NCBI GenBank assembly: GCA_963666285.1
Contig: OY762711.1
Reading direction: 5' to 3' (one strand)
From: Sedimentisphaerales bacterium
Lineage (GTDB): Bacteria; Planctomycetota; Phycisphaerae; Sedimentisphaerales; SM23-30
Length of the DNA: 64,000 nucleotides
Shown here: positions 1 through 10,236 of the stretch, piece after piece
How the letters are laid out: the number at the start of each line of letters is the position of its first letter
Position numbering within the stretch: the first letter of the stretch is position 1
Made by a program: the position numbers and the translations under genes
Notes under the pieces: generated by a model
The model's database searches: none
Told to the model about the DNA's origin: nothing
Seen by the model: the letters and a program-made list of their open reading frames with translations, nothing else

Positions 1-881
1 TGCGGAGTAACAAAGGCTCGGCCGGCCATAAAAGCGGCAGCTTTGGCAGCGATGGTCAGTCCAATAGTAGCTCGCGGAGAAGCTCCGAAAGCGATAAGAT
101 CGGCAATTTCCAAGCCGTATTCTTTAGGGTTACGGGTAGCATCAACGATATCGACGATATAATCCTTAATTTTATCATCGATATATATCATGTCGATCAG
201 TTTTCTAACTTCCGCAATCTGCTCCGGAGAAATAACCGGCTGGATATCGAAATCGGTAGAAGTTTTACCCATAAGGTCAAGAATAGCTCGTTCCTGTTGT
301 TTGGTAGGGTATGAGACCTTGATTTTGAGCATAAACCTGTCGGTTTGTGCTTCCGGGAGTGGGTAAGTACCTTCCTGTTCGATAGGGTTTTGAGTTGCCA
401 GTACCATAAAAGGTTTAGGCAGCTGCATGGTTTCATCGCCGATAGTAACCTGTCGTTCCTGCATAGCTTCCAGCAAGGCACTTTGAACCTTGGCGGGAGC
501 ACGGTTGATTTCATCGGCCAGGACGATATTGGCAAAAATCGGTCCTTTTTTGTTATAGAACTCGGATTTCTGCGGATTATAAATTTGAGTGCCGATCAGG
601 TCGGCAGGCAGCAGGTCAGGCGTAAATTGCAGCCTCTGGAAAGAAGCCTGGAGGGCTTTGGCGATGGTTGTGACAGTTAGAGTCTTAGCCAGCCCGGGCA
701 CACCTTCAATAAGGATATGGCCGTTGCTGAGCATAGCGATGATAATTCGTTCGACCATATACTGCTGACCGATAATAACTTTGTCAACCTGGCTCAGCAA
801 AGTCTTGACGAAGGCTCCGGATTGCTGAACTTTTTCTGTAAGTTGTGTAATATCAGGATGATAACTGCTTGTCTCACTCAT
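1..881 (-). CDS. MoxR-family AAA+ ATPase (3' end runs off the window)
   Basis: Manual translation from ATG at 881: MSETSSYHPDITQLTEKV...GHILIEGVPGLAKT (Walker A)...RLQFTPDLLPADLIG...LADEINR (Walker B)...ATQNPIEQEGTYPLPEAQTDRF. Confidence 0.92.
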   Translation of the reverse strand, partial: MSETSSYHPDITQLTEKVQQSGAFVKTLLSQVDKVIIGQQYMVERIIIAMLSNGHILIEGVPGLAKTLTVTTIAKALQASFQRLQFTPDLLPADLIGTQIYNPQKSEFYNKKGPIFANIVLADEINRAPAKVQSALLEAMQERQVTIGDETMQLPKPFMVLATQNPIEQEGTYPLPEAQTDRFMLKIKVSYPTKQQERAILDLMGKTSTDFDIQPVISPEQIAEVRKLIDMIYIDDKIKDYIVDIVDATRNPKEYGLEIADLIAFGASPRATIGLTIAAKAAAFMAGRAFVTP

Positions 882-917
882 TACTATATCCTTTAGTAGA
901 AAAATTCCGGTTAATTT

Positions 918-1019
918 ATACACAGTGTAAGGTTTGTCCGAACGCACGAAATGTAAGTAATAATAAAGTAATCATTTATACCACGTTCGAACGGGCATAT
1001 TTAACTGTTATTGGTATAA
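918..1019 (+). repeat. Dispersed ~105-bp structured repeat, family A, copy 1
   Basis: Aligns end to end with 21344..21448 and 51397..51501 (ATACACA...GTAAGT...CGTTCGAACGGGCAT.TTAACTGTTAT.GGTATA). Confidence 0.85.
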
Positions 1020-1165
1020 AACCGCAAGATCCGGTTTTATACAGATATAATACGCCGCTCGACCGAAATAGTTTGGTTTGTACAGTAGAATATTTTCTGG
1101 TACAATTTCCGCTCCTGAAAACAAGCCAAGTTATGTAAATATAAACATAAACCGATAGAAAATAT

Positions 1166-2239
1166 ATGTTAAGAAACTTTGACAAGATAAAACGCATAGT
1201 AGTAAAAGTGGGCACCAATGTACTGAGCTGTGAAACCGGCATAAATGAAGCTATGATAACCAAGCTGGCCCGCGAAATTTCCGCAATGGTAAACTCCGGC
1301 AAGCAGGTGATCCTGGTTACCTCGGGTGCAATCGGGATGGGTGCCCGTGCGCTGAATGTCCAAAAAAAAGTCAAAGAAGTTAAGCTTCGCCAGGCACTAG
1401 CGGCAGTCGGACAAAGCATCTTAATGCATCATTACCAGAAGGCGTTTAGTAAATACGGATTGAACGTCGGCCAGATTCTGCTGACCAGTTCGATAATGAA
1501 TAATCGCAAGTATTATGTTAATTTGAAGAACAGTGTAGAGACATTGCTGTCTATGGGTGTGGTTCCGATCGTAAATGAAAATGACAATATTTCGATCGAG
1601 GAGATCGACCTGGCATTTGGCGATAATGACAAGCTTTCGGCCCTGATGGCAAGTAAGAATGATGCCGAATTATTGATAGTACTCACGGATGTTGATGGTT
1701 TATATGACGGTAATCCGCAGAAGAATTCAAATGCAGTATTATTGAAAACAGTTTACGAGATTACCGAAGAAATTGAAGCTATGGCAGCGGGAGCAGGGAG
1801 TTCACTGGGGACCGGCGGTATGAAGACCAAACTATCGGCGATACAGATAGCAGCTCGCGGCGGATGCCGGGTAGTGTTGGCGAACGGTCATATAGAAAAT
1901 GTTATCGAGCGTATTGTAGATGGTGAAGAGATAGGCACCTTGTTTATGCCATATCGCAAACTGAGTAATCGCAAGCGCTGGATTTTGAACTGCAAAGCCG
2001 GCGGCAAGGTTGAAATAGATGACGGTGCCGCCAAGGCAGTGATATCAGGCAAGAGTCTGCTGGCAGTTGGTATAACCGGAGTAACCGGCAATTTCAAGCA
2101 GGGCGAAGTGGTTGATATTGGAGGAGTTGCCAAGGGGATAGCAGATATATCTTTCAGCGAGCTCCAGAAACAGTTAAGCGAACCAGACAACCACAATCGC
2201 AAAGCAATAGTTCATGCAGATAATATTGTAGTGTTATAG
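1166..2239 (+). CDS. proB: Glutamate 5-kinase
   Basis: VVKVGTNVL, LVTSGAI, VPIVNEND, FGDNDKLSA and GTGGMKTK motifs plus C-terminal PUA-like region. Confidence 0.96.
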   Translation: MLRNFDKIKRIVVKVGTNVLSCETGINEAMITKLAREISAMVNSGKQVILVTSGAIGMGARALNVQKKVKEVKLRQALAAVGQSILMHHYQKAFSKYGLNVGQILLTSSIMNNRKYYVNLKNSVETLLSMGVVPIVNENDNISIEEIDLAFGDNDKLSALMASKNDAELLIVLTDVDGLYDGNPQKNSNAVLLKTVYEITEEIEAMAAGAGSSLGTGGMKTKLSAIQIAARGGCRVVLANGHIENVIERIVDGEEIGTLFMPYRKLSNRKRWILNCKAGGKVEIDDGAAKAVISGKSLLAVGITGVTGNFKQGEVVDIGGVAKGIADISFSELQKQLSEPDNHNRKAIVHADNIVVL

Positions 2240-2298
2240 CGTCTTGTGTTTTTGAGTGTTCCGGTTGGTATTTACATTGAGTGTAATGAGTGTTTTTC

Positions 2299-2326
2299 TT
2301 GACATCGATCAGTCAAACGATATAAT
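2299..2326 (+). promoter_or_regulatory. Sigma70-type promoter
   Basis: TTGACA-N16-TATAAT, about 55 nt upstream of ATG 2381. Confidence 0.7.
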
Positions 2327-2380
2327 TTTTTTAAGTGGTTTGTTTAGTTTTTATTTTATTTGAAACAGGCAGGTTTTTTC

Positions 2381-3010
2381 ATGCGCGTATTTATTATCGC
2401 TTCAATATTTATATCATTATTATTTTTACCGTCATGTTCGTCAGACAAATCTGAATCATCCAATGAATCTTCGGGCAAGTCGGAGTCAGTAGATAAATTT
2501 GAGATTGAGGAAGGAGCTGAAAATGTCCTGGTGAAATGGGAAAACATTTCGGGATACTCTTTTGGCCAAAAAATCAGTATAGGTTTTTCGATGGTACCAT
2601 GGCGTATTACTTATTCCTCGGGTGACAGGAGTTCCGGGATACGTTTTCGAATAATCTCATCAGAAGACAACTTTGATACATTCAACTATGAATCTCTTTT
2701 GGGTATAGACTTTCAACTGTCCAGAGAGGAGGCGGTTAAGTTTATAGAGTTTATTAGGCGGTTGAAGGAAATGAAGATCAAAGACCTGGATGAAGGAGTC
2801 AGTTACTATGTTTTTACAGCTACATTTAAGGATGTAAAATTTCGTAAATCAAGAGAAAGCATTAAGTTTGACACCTATGGCATTAATGCCGGTATGGAGA
2901 GTTGGAATGTAATTCAGCAAACACACCTTGATGAGCTAGCAGAAGGGCTGAAAATATCTATCGGCAAATACGATGATCTTATGAGGGCAAAGCCGGCGGT
3001 AAATTTATAG
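2381..3010 (+). CDS. Hypothetical lipoprotein
   Basis: ATG 2381; hydrophobic signal ending LPSC (lipobox) followed by Ser-rich linker. Confidence 0.7.
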   Translation: MRVFIIASIFISLLFLPSCSSDKSESSNESSGKSESVDKFEIEEGAENVLVKWENISGYSFGQKISIGFSMVPWRITYSSGDRSSGIRFRIISSEDNFDTFNYESLLGIDFQLSREEAVKFIEFIRRLKEMKIKDLDEGVSYYVFTATFKDVKFRKSRESIKFDTYGINAGMESWNVIQQTHLDELAEGLKISIGKYDDLMRAKPAVNL

Positions 3011-3056
3011 TGAGCTTCTGAAATGCATTTTGTGTTGCGAGCAGGCTATTGAAGTG

Positions 3057-5792
3057 TTATTGATTAACTTTATGCGGTAAAGTAACGACAAAAGTGGTAC
3101 CTATGCCGACCTTGCTTTCGCAGGTAATAGAGCCTGAATGTCTTTCGATAATTCTTTTAACGATGTCAAGTCCGAGGCCGGTTCCTTCGCCTTTTGGTTT
3201 TGTTGTATAGAGAGGTTCAAAGATATTATTCTTTACATCGACAGGAATTCCATGACCGGAATCAGAAAAAGTAATCTTAATATTGTTATCATCAGATTCC
3301 AGTTTAATTTCAAGTGTTCCATTATTGTCCATAGCATATATGGCATTACTGATAAGGTTAGTCCAGATCTGGCACAGTTCATGCGGGTGGCAAGGAATAG
3401 CAGGCACATCATCAAAATCTAATTTTAGTTCTACACCATGTTTGATTTTATTGCCGTAAAGAATAATAGCAGTTTCGATCGTATCTTTGATATCGGCTTC
3501 GATCATTTCCTGTTTTTCTTCTGCCCTGGCATAGTCTTTAAGAGCGAAAATAACCCTGGATGATTGCTGGACGGCAGTGTTGATAATCCTGATGCCATTA
3601 AATATATCAGCGATTTTCTGGATAAAGTTCAAAACAGCGGTACTGTTATCTTTTTGGAAAATATCAAGACAAGCTTCGTGCCCGTCGGTCGGATATATCC
3701 CGGTAAGAATCGCGGCGGCGAAGTCCGGATTTTCAACCTTCATTTCAGTTAGTTGTTTGTTGATGAATGCTTTTCTTTCACGGAACTGCCTGGAAGACGG
3801 GAAAGTATCGCATTGCAAAATCTGGTCTATAATATCATTTATAAGAGCTTTATTATCTTTATACAGATTGAGTTCGGTATCAACGTTATTGATAATATTT
3901 TCAAATTGTTTTTGCATGGTGCTGCACGACGACCCGATGGCGCCGAGCGGAGTATTTATTTCGTGAGCGATACCGGCAGCAAGCTGACCGATGGTAGCCA
4001 TTTTTTCGGTCTGGATAAGCTGCGAAGTAGTATTTTTCAGTTCCAGTTCGGTTTTCTTTCTTTCACTGACTTCGTTTTCGAGCAGGCTGTTTTTTTCCAG
4101 CAGTTCTTCTGTCCTGACCTGAACTTCAGCTTTTAATGCCATGTTATAGTTTTTAATGACATCTTCAGCCTGTTTGCGTTCAGTAATATCCAGTAACGAG
4201 TAAACAATAGCAACGGCAGTGTCTTGTTCGTTTTTGACCATAGCGGCTATCAGCTGAACAGGAAAGGCAGTACCGTCTTTCTTTTTAGCCTGTATTTCTT
4301 CAAAGGTGTATTTATTTTCCTGAATCGATTCAGTGATATTTTCGATACTTTCGTCGCTTATCCAGAAATCATTGATGACTTTTTCTAAAACATCATTTTC
4401 ATTGTCGTAACCCCATTGGTCAAGGAAAGCCGGGTTGGCATAGACCAGTTTGCCGTCGAAATCTGACATAACAATTGGTCCGGCCGCAGATTCGACCAGG
4501 AACGACATCATATGCAGTTCCTGCTGTTCTTCCCTTAGGGTGTCAACCATGCTTTGGAGGCAGGTGCCGAGAACCTGTGTTTCAATAGTACCTGCGATCG
4601 GCAGCGGTTTAACATTGATAATGCCTTCATCTTTGATATTGCGAGCCGCTGCCGCCAGGTTAGAGATGGGTTGGGCAATGCTTCTTCCCAGTCGCCAGGT
4701 TAAGAATATTGCTACAATGAGAAATAAAAATGATATCAGTAATGTTTTGGAACGCAGTGCTAATGCCGGAGCAATTAGTTCATCGTCATAGACAGAAATT
4801 ACAATATACCAGTCTAAAGGTTTGAAGTATCGAATAAATGCGGTTTTGGGAAATAATTTAGTTTCTGATTTTCCCGGTTTATTCCAGAGATATTTAAGTT
4901 TATCTTCACCATTATTAATTGCAGATTTGATATCATCCATCAAGCTGCTGTCAGTTGAAGGGTTGTTTATTAGAGAAACGTTAGCTCCGATAAGCTTAGG
5001 ATGCAGCTGCATTATATTATCACCGCTTGCGATGAAAATATAATCAGACTGGGCAATTTTGATTTTTGCAAGATTTTCAAACATTGCTGACTTTATTTCA
5101 TCAAAATGTGCCTGACATTCTTTTTCAATGTCGTCGATATATACACCCGTACCAACAATCCAGTTCCATTCAGGCAAAAGTTTAACGAAAGAGAGTTTTG
5201 GCTGCTGTTCTGTCAGTCCTTCTGCGGAAGGTTTCGGCCATAAATATTCTACATATCCTTCACCGTCAGCCAGGCATACATCGGCAAAAGCGGTAAACAG
5301 ATTTTTATTTGTTCCCATTGCCGTATTGTATTCTGGGTTATCCAGGATTGTGCCATTTAGTTCGGGGATAGTCGGGTGCATAATCATCCTGGGCACAGGT
5401 TGAGTACAATCGTTTATCCAGAAATATCCTACGTCGTCGCTATATCTCAATTTTTTGAAGCAATCAATAACACATTGTTTGGCTTCATCTTCGCTGATTT
5501 CATTATTTATGTATCTTCGATATTCGCGGCTGATATGAGAAAAAGCAATGGCTACATTGTTTTTGATTGTCTGGCGTCTTTCCCTTATGAGAGATTCACG
5601 GTGGAAACGCAATGCGGTGTATTCGTTACTAATGGTCATCAGAGTCAGGTCGGCGATTTCCTGGGCATGTTTCGTTTCGGTCTGAATAATTCTGTCGCTG
5701 AATTCATGCTGTACAAGTAGAGTCATAGTAGCAACTAATAAAACAACAACACTAACCAGGGAAATTGTAATTCTACTCTGTAATGACTGCAT
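3057..5792 (-). CDS. Membrane sensor histidine kinase with tandem Cache domains, HAMP and PAS
   Basis: Two TM helices; Cache-like YFWIND/MHPT..GTGVYIDD segments; PAS (YANPAF); H-box LAAGIAHEINTPL; NLISNA, DSGHGI, TTKPKGEGTGLGL. Confidence 0.93.
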   Translation of the reverse strand: MQSLQSRITISLVSVVVLLVATMTLLVQHEFSDRIIQTETKHAQEIADLTLMTISNEYTALRFHRESLIRERRQTIKNNVAIAFSHISREYRRYINNEISEDEAKQCVIDCFKKLRYSDDVGYFWINDCTQPVPRMIMHPTIPELNGTILDNPEYNTAMGTNKNLFTAFADVCLADGEGYVEYLWPKPSAEGLTEQQPKLSFVKLLPEWNWIVGTGVYIDDIEKECQAHFDEIKSAMFENLAKIKIAQSDYIFIASGDNIMQLHPKLIGANVSLINNPSTDSSLMDDIKSAINNGEDKLKYLWNKPGKSETKLFPKTAFIRYFKPLDWYIVISVYDDELIAPALALRSKTLLISFLFLIVAIFLTWRLGRSIAQPISNLAAAARNIKDEGIINVKPLPIAGTIETQVLGTCLQSMVDTLREEQQELHMMSFLVESAAGPIVMSDFDGKLVYANPAFLDQWGYDNENDVLEKVINDFWISDESIENITESIQENKYTFEEIQAKKKDGTAFPVQLIAAMVKNEQDTAVAIVYSLLDITERKQAEDVIKNYNMALKAEVQVRTEELLEKNSLLENEVSERKKTELELKNTTSQLIQTEKMATIGQLAAGIAHEINTPLGAIGSSCSTMQKQFENIINNVDTELNLYKDNKALINDIIDQILQCDTFPSSRQFRERKAFINKQLTEMKVENPDFAAAILTGIYPTDGHEACLDIFQKDNSTAVLNFIQKIADIFNGIRIINTAVQQSSRVIFALKDYARAEEKQEMIEADIKDTIETAIILYGNKIKHGVELKLDFDDVPAIPCHPHELCQIWTNLISNAIYAMDNNGTLEIKLESDDNNIKITFSDSGHGIPVDVKNNIFEPLYTTKPKGEGTGLGLDIVKRIIERHSGSITCESKVGIGTTFVVTLPHKVNQ

Positions 5793-6061
5793 TATTAACC
5801 TTATAGAGAGATATAGGACTTTGATCGATAAAATCAAATAAAACACAAATCGTTAAAAAATTTTTCTGTATTATCTTATCGGCTAAATGAAAGGACAAAT
5901 ATGAAAATAATATGATTTGAAATGTTAACTCAATTATAATGTTATTATATTGATGACGGGTTCCGGTTTTGGTGTCGTATATGGAACTAGCCTATAATTT
6001 TTGAGAAGTATAAGGTAATTATGTCAGGAAGGAATCAGTAATATATATTAAGCTTATGAGA

Positions 6062-6478
6062 CTAGTAATCTATTTTACTACGTTTTTGTTTGATATCAGC
6101 ACGTTTCTTTTTGTTATCGAGTCTTTTTCTTTTTGACGCAGCAGTTGGTTTGGTTGCGATTCTAGGTTTGGGCCGCACAAGTGACTTGCGAATGAGATCG
6201 GCCAATTTGTCAAGGCAGTCCTGGCGGTTCATTCCCTGGCTGCGATGCTGCTGACTTGTAATCTGTATATCTCCGTTAGCGAGCAGGTATCGGGCGGCAA
6301 TCCTTTGCAGACGATTTTTAATATGGCTGTTTAATTCCGGGCAATCGTTAAGAGTAAAACGAAGCTGAGCCTGAGTGTTTACCTTGTTAACATTCTGGCC
6401 GCCCGGACCACTGCTGCGGGCAAAGGAGAAGTTGAGGTATTCATCAGAGATACAAATTTTGTCGTTTATTATTAACAT
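6062..6478 (-). CDS. arfB: Alternative ribosome-rescue peptidyl-tRNA hydrolase ArfB
   Basis: RSSGPGGQNVNKV (GGQ), RSQGMNR and basic tail RIATKPTAASKRKRLDNKK; start taken at MLIIND. Confidence 0.95.
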   Translation of the reverse strand: MLIINDKICISDEYLNFSFARSSGPGGQNVNKVNTQAQLRFTLNDCPELNSHIKNRLQRIAARYLLANGDIQITSQQHRSQGMNRQDCLDKLADLIRKSLVRPKPRIATKPTAASKRKRLDNKKKRADIKQKRSKIDY

Positions 6479-6491
6479 AGCTTCATGAAAT

Positions 6492-6520
6492 AAAAAAGCC
6501 GGCATTTGCATACCGGCTTT
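6492..6520 (-). terminator. Intrinsic terminator after the 6547..8787 gene
   Basis: AAAGCCGG/CCGGCTTT stem with A6 on + strand (U-tract on -). Confidence 0.6.
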
Positions 6521-6546
6521 ATTATTGTCAGTATAAAAACTGAGTT

Positions 6547-8787
6547 TTATTCAGTTTTAGTTTCATCGGAATTATCTTTTTCTGTATCAACCGGTTTAGG
6601 TTCATCTTCATTATTTATCAAAGTGACATCATTACGCTTGATAATGTTATCATGCAGGAAGAAGTCAACCATAGGTAATAATTGCTGACTGCTAAGTGTC
6701 TGCATGGCATAATAAGCTTTCATGTCAGCATATTCATCCTGGTTGGCCGGTTCGATTGCAAATTCGTCAAAGACAAGAACGCTGGTTGTATTTTTATTTT
6801 CAACCAGGACTTTTTCACCTTCTTCAGCATCGTGAAGAGCTTTGAGAATAATTCTTAGATTTCCTCTTACAAGCGTTTTTTGTCTTTCATTATTTTCACG
6901 AGAGCCATAGGAATTTTGGATCATAAAGTCAATCCTGGAAAGGTTGTCGTAATACTTTTCAACAGAGCTTTCGGATAAAGGATTCCTGGCATTTTCGTCA
7001 TCAGGTTTTTCCATCATTGTTTTACCGACTGTTTCAATTGCTTTAGCCAGGTCAGTTTCCGGTTGGGCAAGAGCGGCTTTGAATTCTTCGGCTTTAGCTT
7101 TTGCCATTTCGTATGCTTTAAGCTTTTTCAGGTCGGCTTTAACTTTGTCCTTCAGGATATTTTTGTCATCAGCCAGCGGTTCGATATCACTGCCGCCCTG
7201 ACGGCCATCGTCATTAATGGAAGCAGCTACCCGGCTTCTGTCAACGGCAACAATTCTCACCAGGTACATATTCATCAGGTTATATGTTCCATTGGGGAAG
7301 TCATAGCGGGCTTCTATACTGGACAGGGTTTCTCTCAGTTTCAGAGGAGCAGGCTGTTCAAGTTTAGTAGCCGGCCGGTCACGCAGAGGTTCACTGGAGA
7401 ACAACATATATGACAGTGGAGCGTCATTGAAACGAGTGAGTTTGGCAGAACCAAATTTTTCGAAACTGTTAATAGTTTCTCTGCTAAGGAATTCACTTTC
7501 GCCATGTCCGATTTTAATAGAATCGCTAGAGTTTTTCTCAGCAACTTCCTGCCAGTTGATATTGGCTTCAACCAGGTCGTTTTCGTTGCTGACAGCTTCT
7601 CCGATTTTAGCAATAACAGATTCAGCCTGTTCCCTGGCTTTACCCATTAGATAAACATTCTTAACGGTATCGTATGATTCATCAAAGCTTAATTGAGTAT
7701 ATTCAACAGGAGAATTTCTATCTTTTTGGGATTCTTTCTGGAAAGGTCTTTCAGATTTGTGGTTGGTCCAGTAATCCTGCAAAGCTTCTTCCTGTTTAAT
7801 AAGGCTTTGAGCTTCAAATTCTTCAGTTATTTTTTGCTTAATGGCAGAGACATCGACATTAAGATATTCAACTTTGATTCTATCAGGCAGCATATAGCTA
7901 AACCCGAACATATTATCTTTATCGTCCGGCCTGATATCCAATGGATCAATAGATTTATATTTTTCAAAATGAGCGACAAGTTCTTCTTCTGTTGGATCTC
8001 CAACTTTTTGGGCGAACATATTAGAGGAGAATTCGACAAATTTACCGGAGATATTATTGATTTCAATACTATTGCGGATACTGTCTCTGAGCTGGTTCTC
8101 ATTGGTAATGCCGACTTTGGTAAGGTTGTCCACATATGATGCAATTGCGATAATATTACCAACGGCTTCACTGAAGCTGCCGACAGTTAAACCGTAATTA
8201 GATAATGAAGTAGACATTTTCTGGCCTTGCTGGTTCATATTCACACGAATAAAACTGACTAATTCGCCTACCTGTTCACTGGTAGCATAGAAACCATTTC
8301 TATTGGCTTCGGCAGTCAGAGCCAGGTACTGAATGGCCGGATTCTGGTTAGTATCGATAAGTTTATCAATTTTTGCCAGAATAGCGTCATACTCAGCTTT
8401 ATTTTTATGGTCGAGTCCTACGGCTTGCAGTAAAATGCTTCTGGTGTAATATGCCGACTCGGTATCGCCAAAAATCGAGTGGCAGGTGAATAGTATAGCC
8501 GCCGGATTTATCATTTTGAAGTTATCGCTGGCATTACCATAAGATCTCAGGTATGCCGAGACACGTAGATCAAGCATAGCTTTAATCTCGGCAATAGCTT
8601 TGCCAGTGTCCATAGTGGTTAAAGTTGTTTTAACGCCATCAGCGCCAGCATAAGAACCGACTTCTTTATCCTGTATATTTCTGCCGGACCCACTAAACAT
8701 AGCACTTGGAAGTACAAAACCAATCATAATAAGAACACCAAAGAAAACCATTATCGTTTTGCTGTTCTTGCGCATGAAATCCATCAT
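6547..8787 (-). CDS. Membrane-anchored periplasmic protein, PpiD/SurA N-terminal-like
   Basis: MMDFMRKNSK + single N-terminal TM, and 'PTEEELVAHFEKYK...PDRIKVEYL' pattern typical of PpiD-like chaperones. Confidence 0.55.
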   Translation of the reverse strand: MMDFMRKNSKTIMVFFGVLIMIGFVLPSAMFSGSGRNIQDKEVGSYAGADGVKTTLTTMDTGKAIAEIKAMLDLRVSAYLRSYGNASDNFKMINPAAILFTCHSIFGDTESAYYTRSILLQAVGLDHKNKAEYDAILAKIDKLIDTNQNPAIQYLALTAEANRNGFYATSEQVGELVSFIRVNMNQQGQKMSTSLSNYGLTVGSFSEAVGNIIAIASYVDNLTKVGITNENQLRDSIRNSIEINNISGKFVEFSSNMFAQKVGDPTEEELVAHFEKYKSIDPLDIRPDDKDNMFGFSYMLPDRIKVEYLNVDVSAIKQKITEEFEAQSLIKQEEALQDYWTNHKSERPFQKESQKDRNSPVEYTQLSFDESYDTVKNVYLMGKAREQAESVIAKIGEAVSNENDLVEANINWQEVAEKNSSDSIKIGHGESEFLSRETINSFEKFGSAKLTRFNDAPLSYMLFSSEPLRDRPATKLEQPAPLKLRETLSSIEARYDFPNGTYNLMNMYLVRIVAVDRSRVAASINDDGRQGGSDIEPLADDKNILKDKVKADLKKLKAYEMAKAKAEEFKAALAQPETDLAKAIETVGKTMMEKPDDENARNPLSESSVEKYYDNLSRIDFMIQNSYGSRENNERQKTLVRGNLRIILKALHDAEEGEKVLVENKNTTSVLVFDEFAIEPANQDEYADMKAYYAMQTLSSQQLLPMVDFFLHDNIIKRNDVTLINNEDEPKPVDTEKDNSDETKTE

Positions 8788-9219
8788 AGTTACATTACTC
8801 CAATATTTTCAATAACTTATACTATTTAATAGTTGTACTGCCCCTATTTCCCGGCAGTTTTGCGAATTATACACTATATCAATTACCCAGCTCTATATCA
8901 ACCTTATTTAAATATTAGTACGTAAAGGGCAGGTATAAGCTGTATCTATTTAAATTATCTCGACATAGAACGAGTTTGGATTAACTTAATTCTGTTTTAT
9001 ATGACTAATTAAGTGTTTCCATTTTAAAGATTTCTGTCAAGAGGGTTCTAGTTTTGTTTTATTGTTAACAAACTCGGTTTTTGTTTCTTTGTCAGCCGAT
9101 TAGTATTAATCTGTACAAGAATTATTATGTTTCGGTGCATTTATTTACTATAAGAGTTTGTTATTAAGATGTTTATGTAGGATCGGGCCATTTTTTGATT
9201 CAGTGTATTACATTCCATC

Positions 9220-9247
9220 TTGACAGTAATGATATCCGTTGTATGAT
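9220..9247 (+). promoter_or_regulatory. Sigma70-type promoter upstream of ispD
   Basis: TTGACA-N16-TATGAT. Confidence 0.5.
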
Positions 9248-9342
9248 AGACGGTAATTACTTGTGTTAAAATGGATAATTTGTAATATAGAGCATCTCCT
9301 ATGATGTGATAATAGAAGAAGTTCTTAGAAGAAAGGTTACAC

Positions 9343-10101
9343 ATGTCGCTAAAAGCAGCAGTACTAATTCCGGCAGCCGGTACTGGCACGAGATTTGGTG
9401 GTAAAAAGCCGAAGCAATTTACCGATCTGGACGGCAGGGCGGTATTTATGAGAACTATTGAAGCATTTGCCAATCGTGACGATGTTGCCAGAATAGTAAT
9501 TGCTATTCCAGAGCAGGAGCAGGAGATGTATGAAATAAAATGGGGTGCAAAACTGGCATTTTATAATGTACATACGATAATTGGGGGTGAAGAACGGTAT
9601 CAGACCGTCCAAAAACTGCTTGATTTTGTAAAAGAAAAAGAATTTGACCTTATCGCAATTCATGATGCGGCCAGACCTTGTGTAAGTCAGAAGCTGATAA
9701 CAGATGTTTTTGCCGCAGCGTTAGAATATGGTGCGGCGATACCGGCATGTAAACTTGTTGGGACAATCAAGAAGTCAGATTCTGACCAAAGCATTTCAGA
9801 GACAATAGACCGGTCCGAACTTTGGGAGGCCCAGACCCCGCAGACCTTCAAGCCGGAAATAATATATAAGGCGTATGAGAATCTGGATGATGCCGAAAAG
9901 CAGATAACAGATGATGCCCAGCTGGTAGAACATACCGGACAAAAGGTTAAGCTGGTTGAAGGTGATCCATCCAATATTAAAATTACACATGGTATTGATA
10001 TGTCTTTTGCTTCTGTGATATGTAAGAATATGGCATCTGAAGCAGACAGTAAACGCAAAAAGGAATCGCTGCATCCATTTGCGGAAGATAATATGTGGTA
10101 A
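9343..10101 (+). CDS. ispD: 2-C-methyl-D-erythritol 4-phosphate cytidylyltransferase
   Basis: IPAAGTGTRFG..PKQF, GGEERYQTV, IHDAARP, AQTPQTF, TDDA, NIKIT. Confidence 0.95.
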   Translation: MSLKAAVLIPAAGTGTRFGGKKPKQFTDLDGRAVFMRTIEAFANRDDVARIVIAIPEQEQEMYEIKWGAKLAFYNVHTIIGGEERYQTVQKLLDFVKEKEFDLIAIHDAARPCVSQKLITDVFAAALEYGAAIPACKLVGTIKKSDSDQSISETIDRSELWEAQTPQTFKPEIIYKAYENLDDAEKQITDDAQLVEHTGQKVKLVEGDPSNIKITHGIDMSFASVICKNMASEADSKRKKESLHPFAEDNMW

Positions 10102-10236
10102 TTTTATGTTGGCAAAAGAAGATATTATCTATGTGAAGAGAGAGGGGCATGCTTACCAGAGCTGTATATGAGACCTGGCTCCAATATTTGGGCTGTAGCT
10201 TTAATAACAGTTAACCAGGTTAATATAACCATAAAA

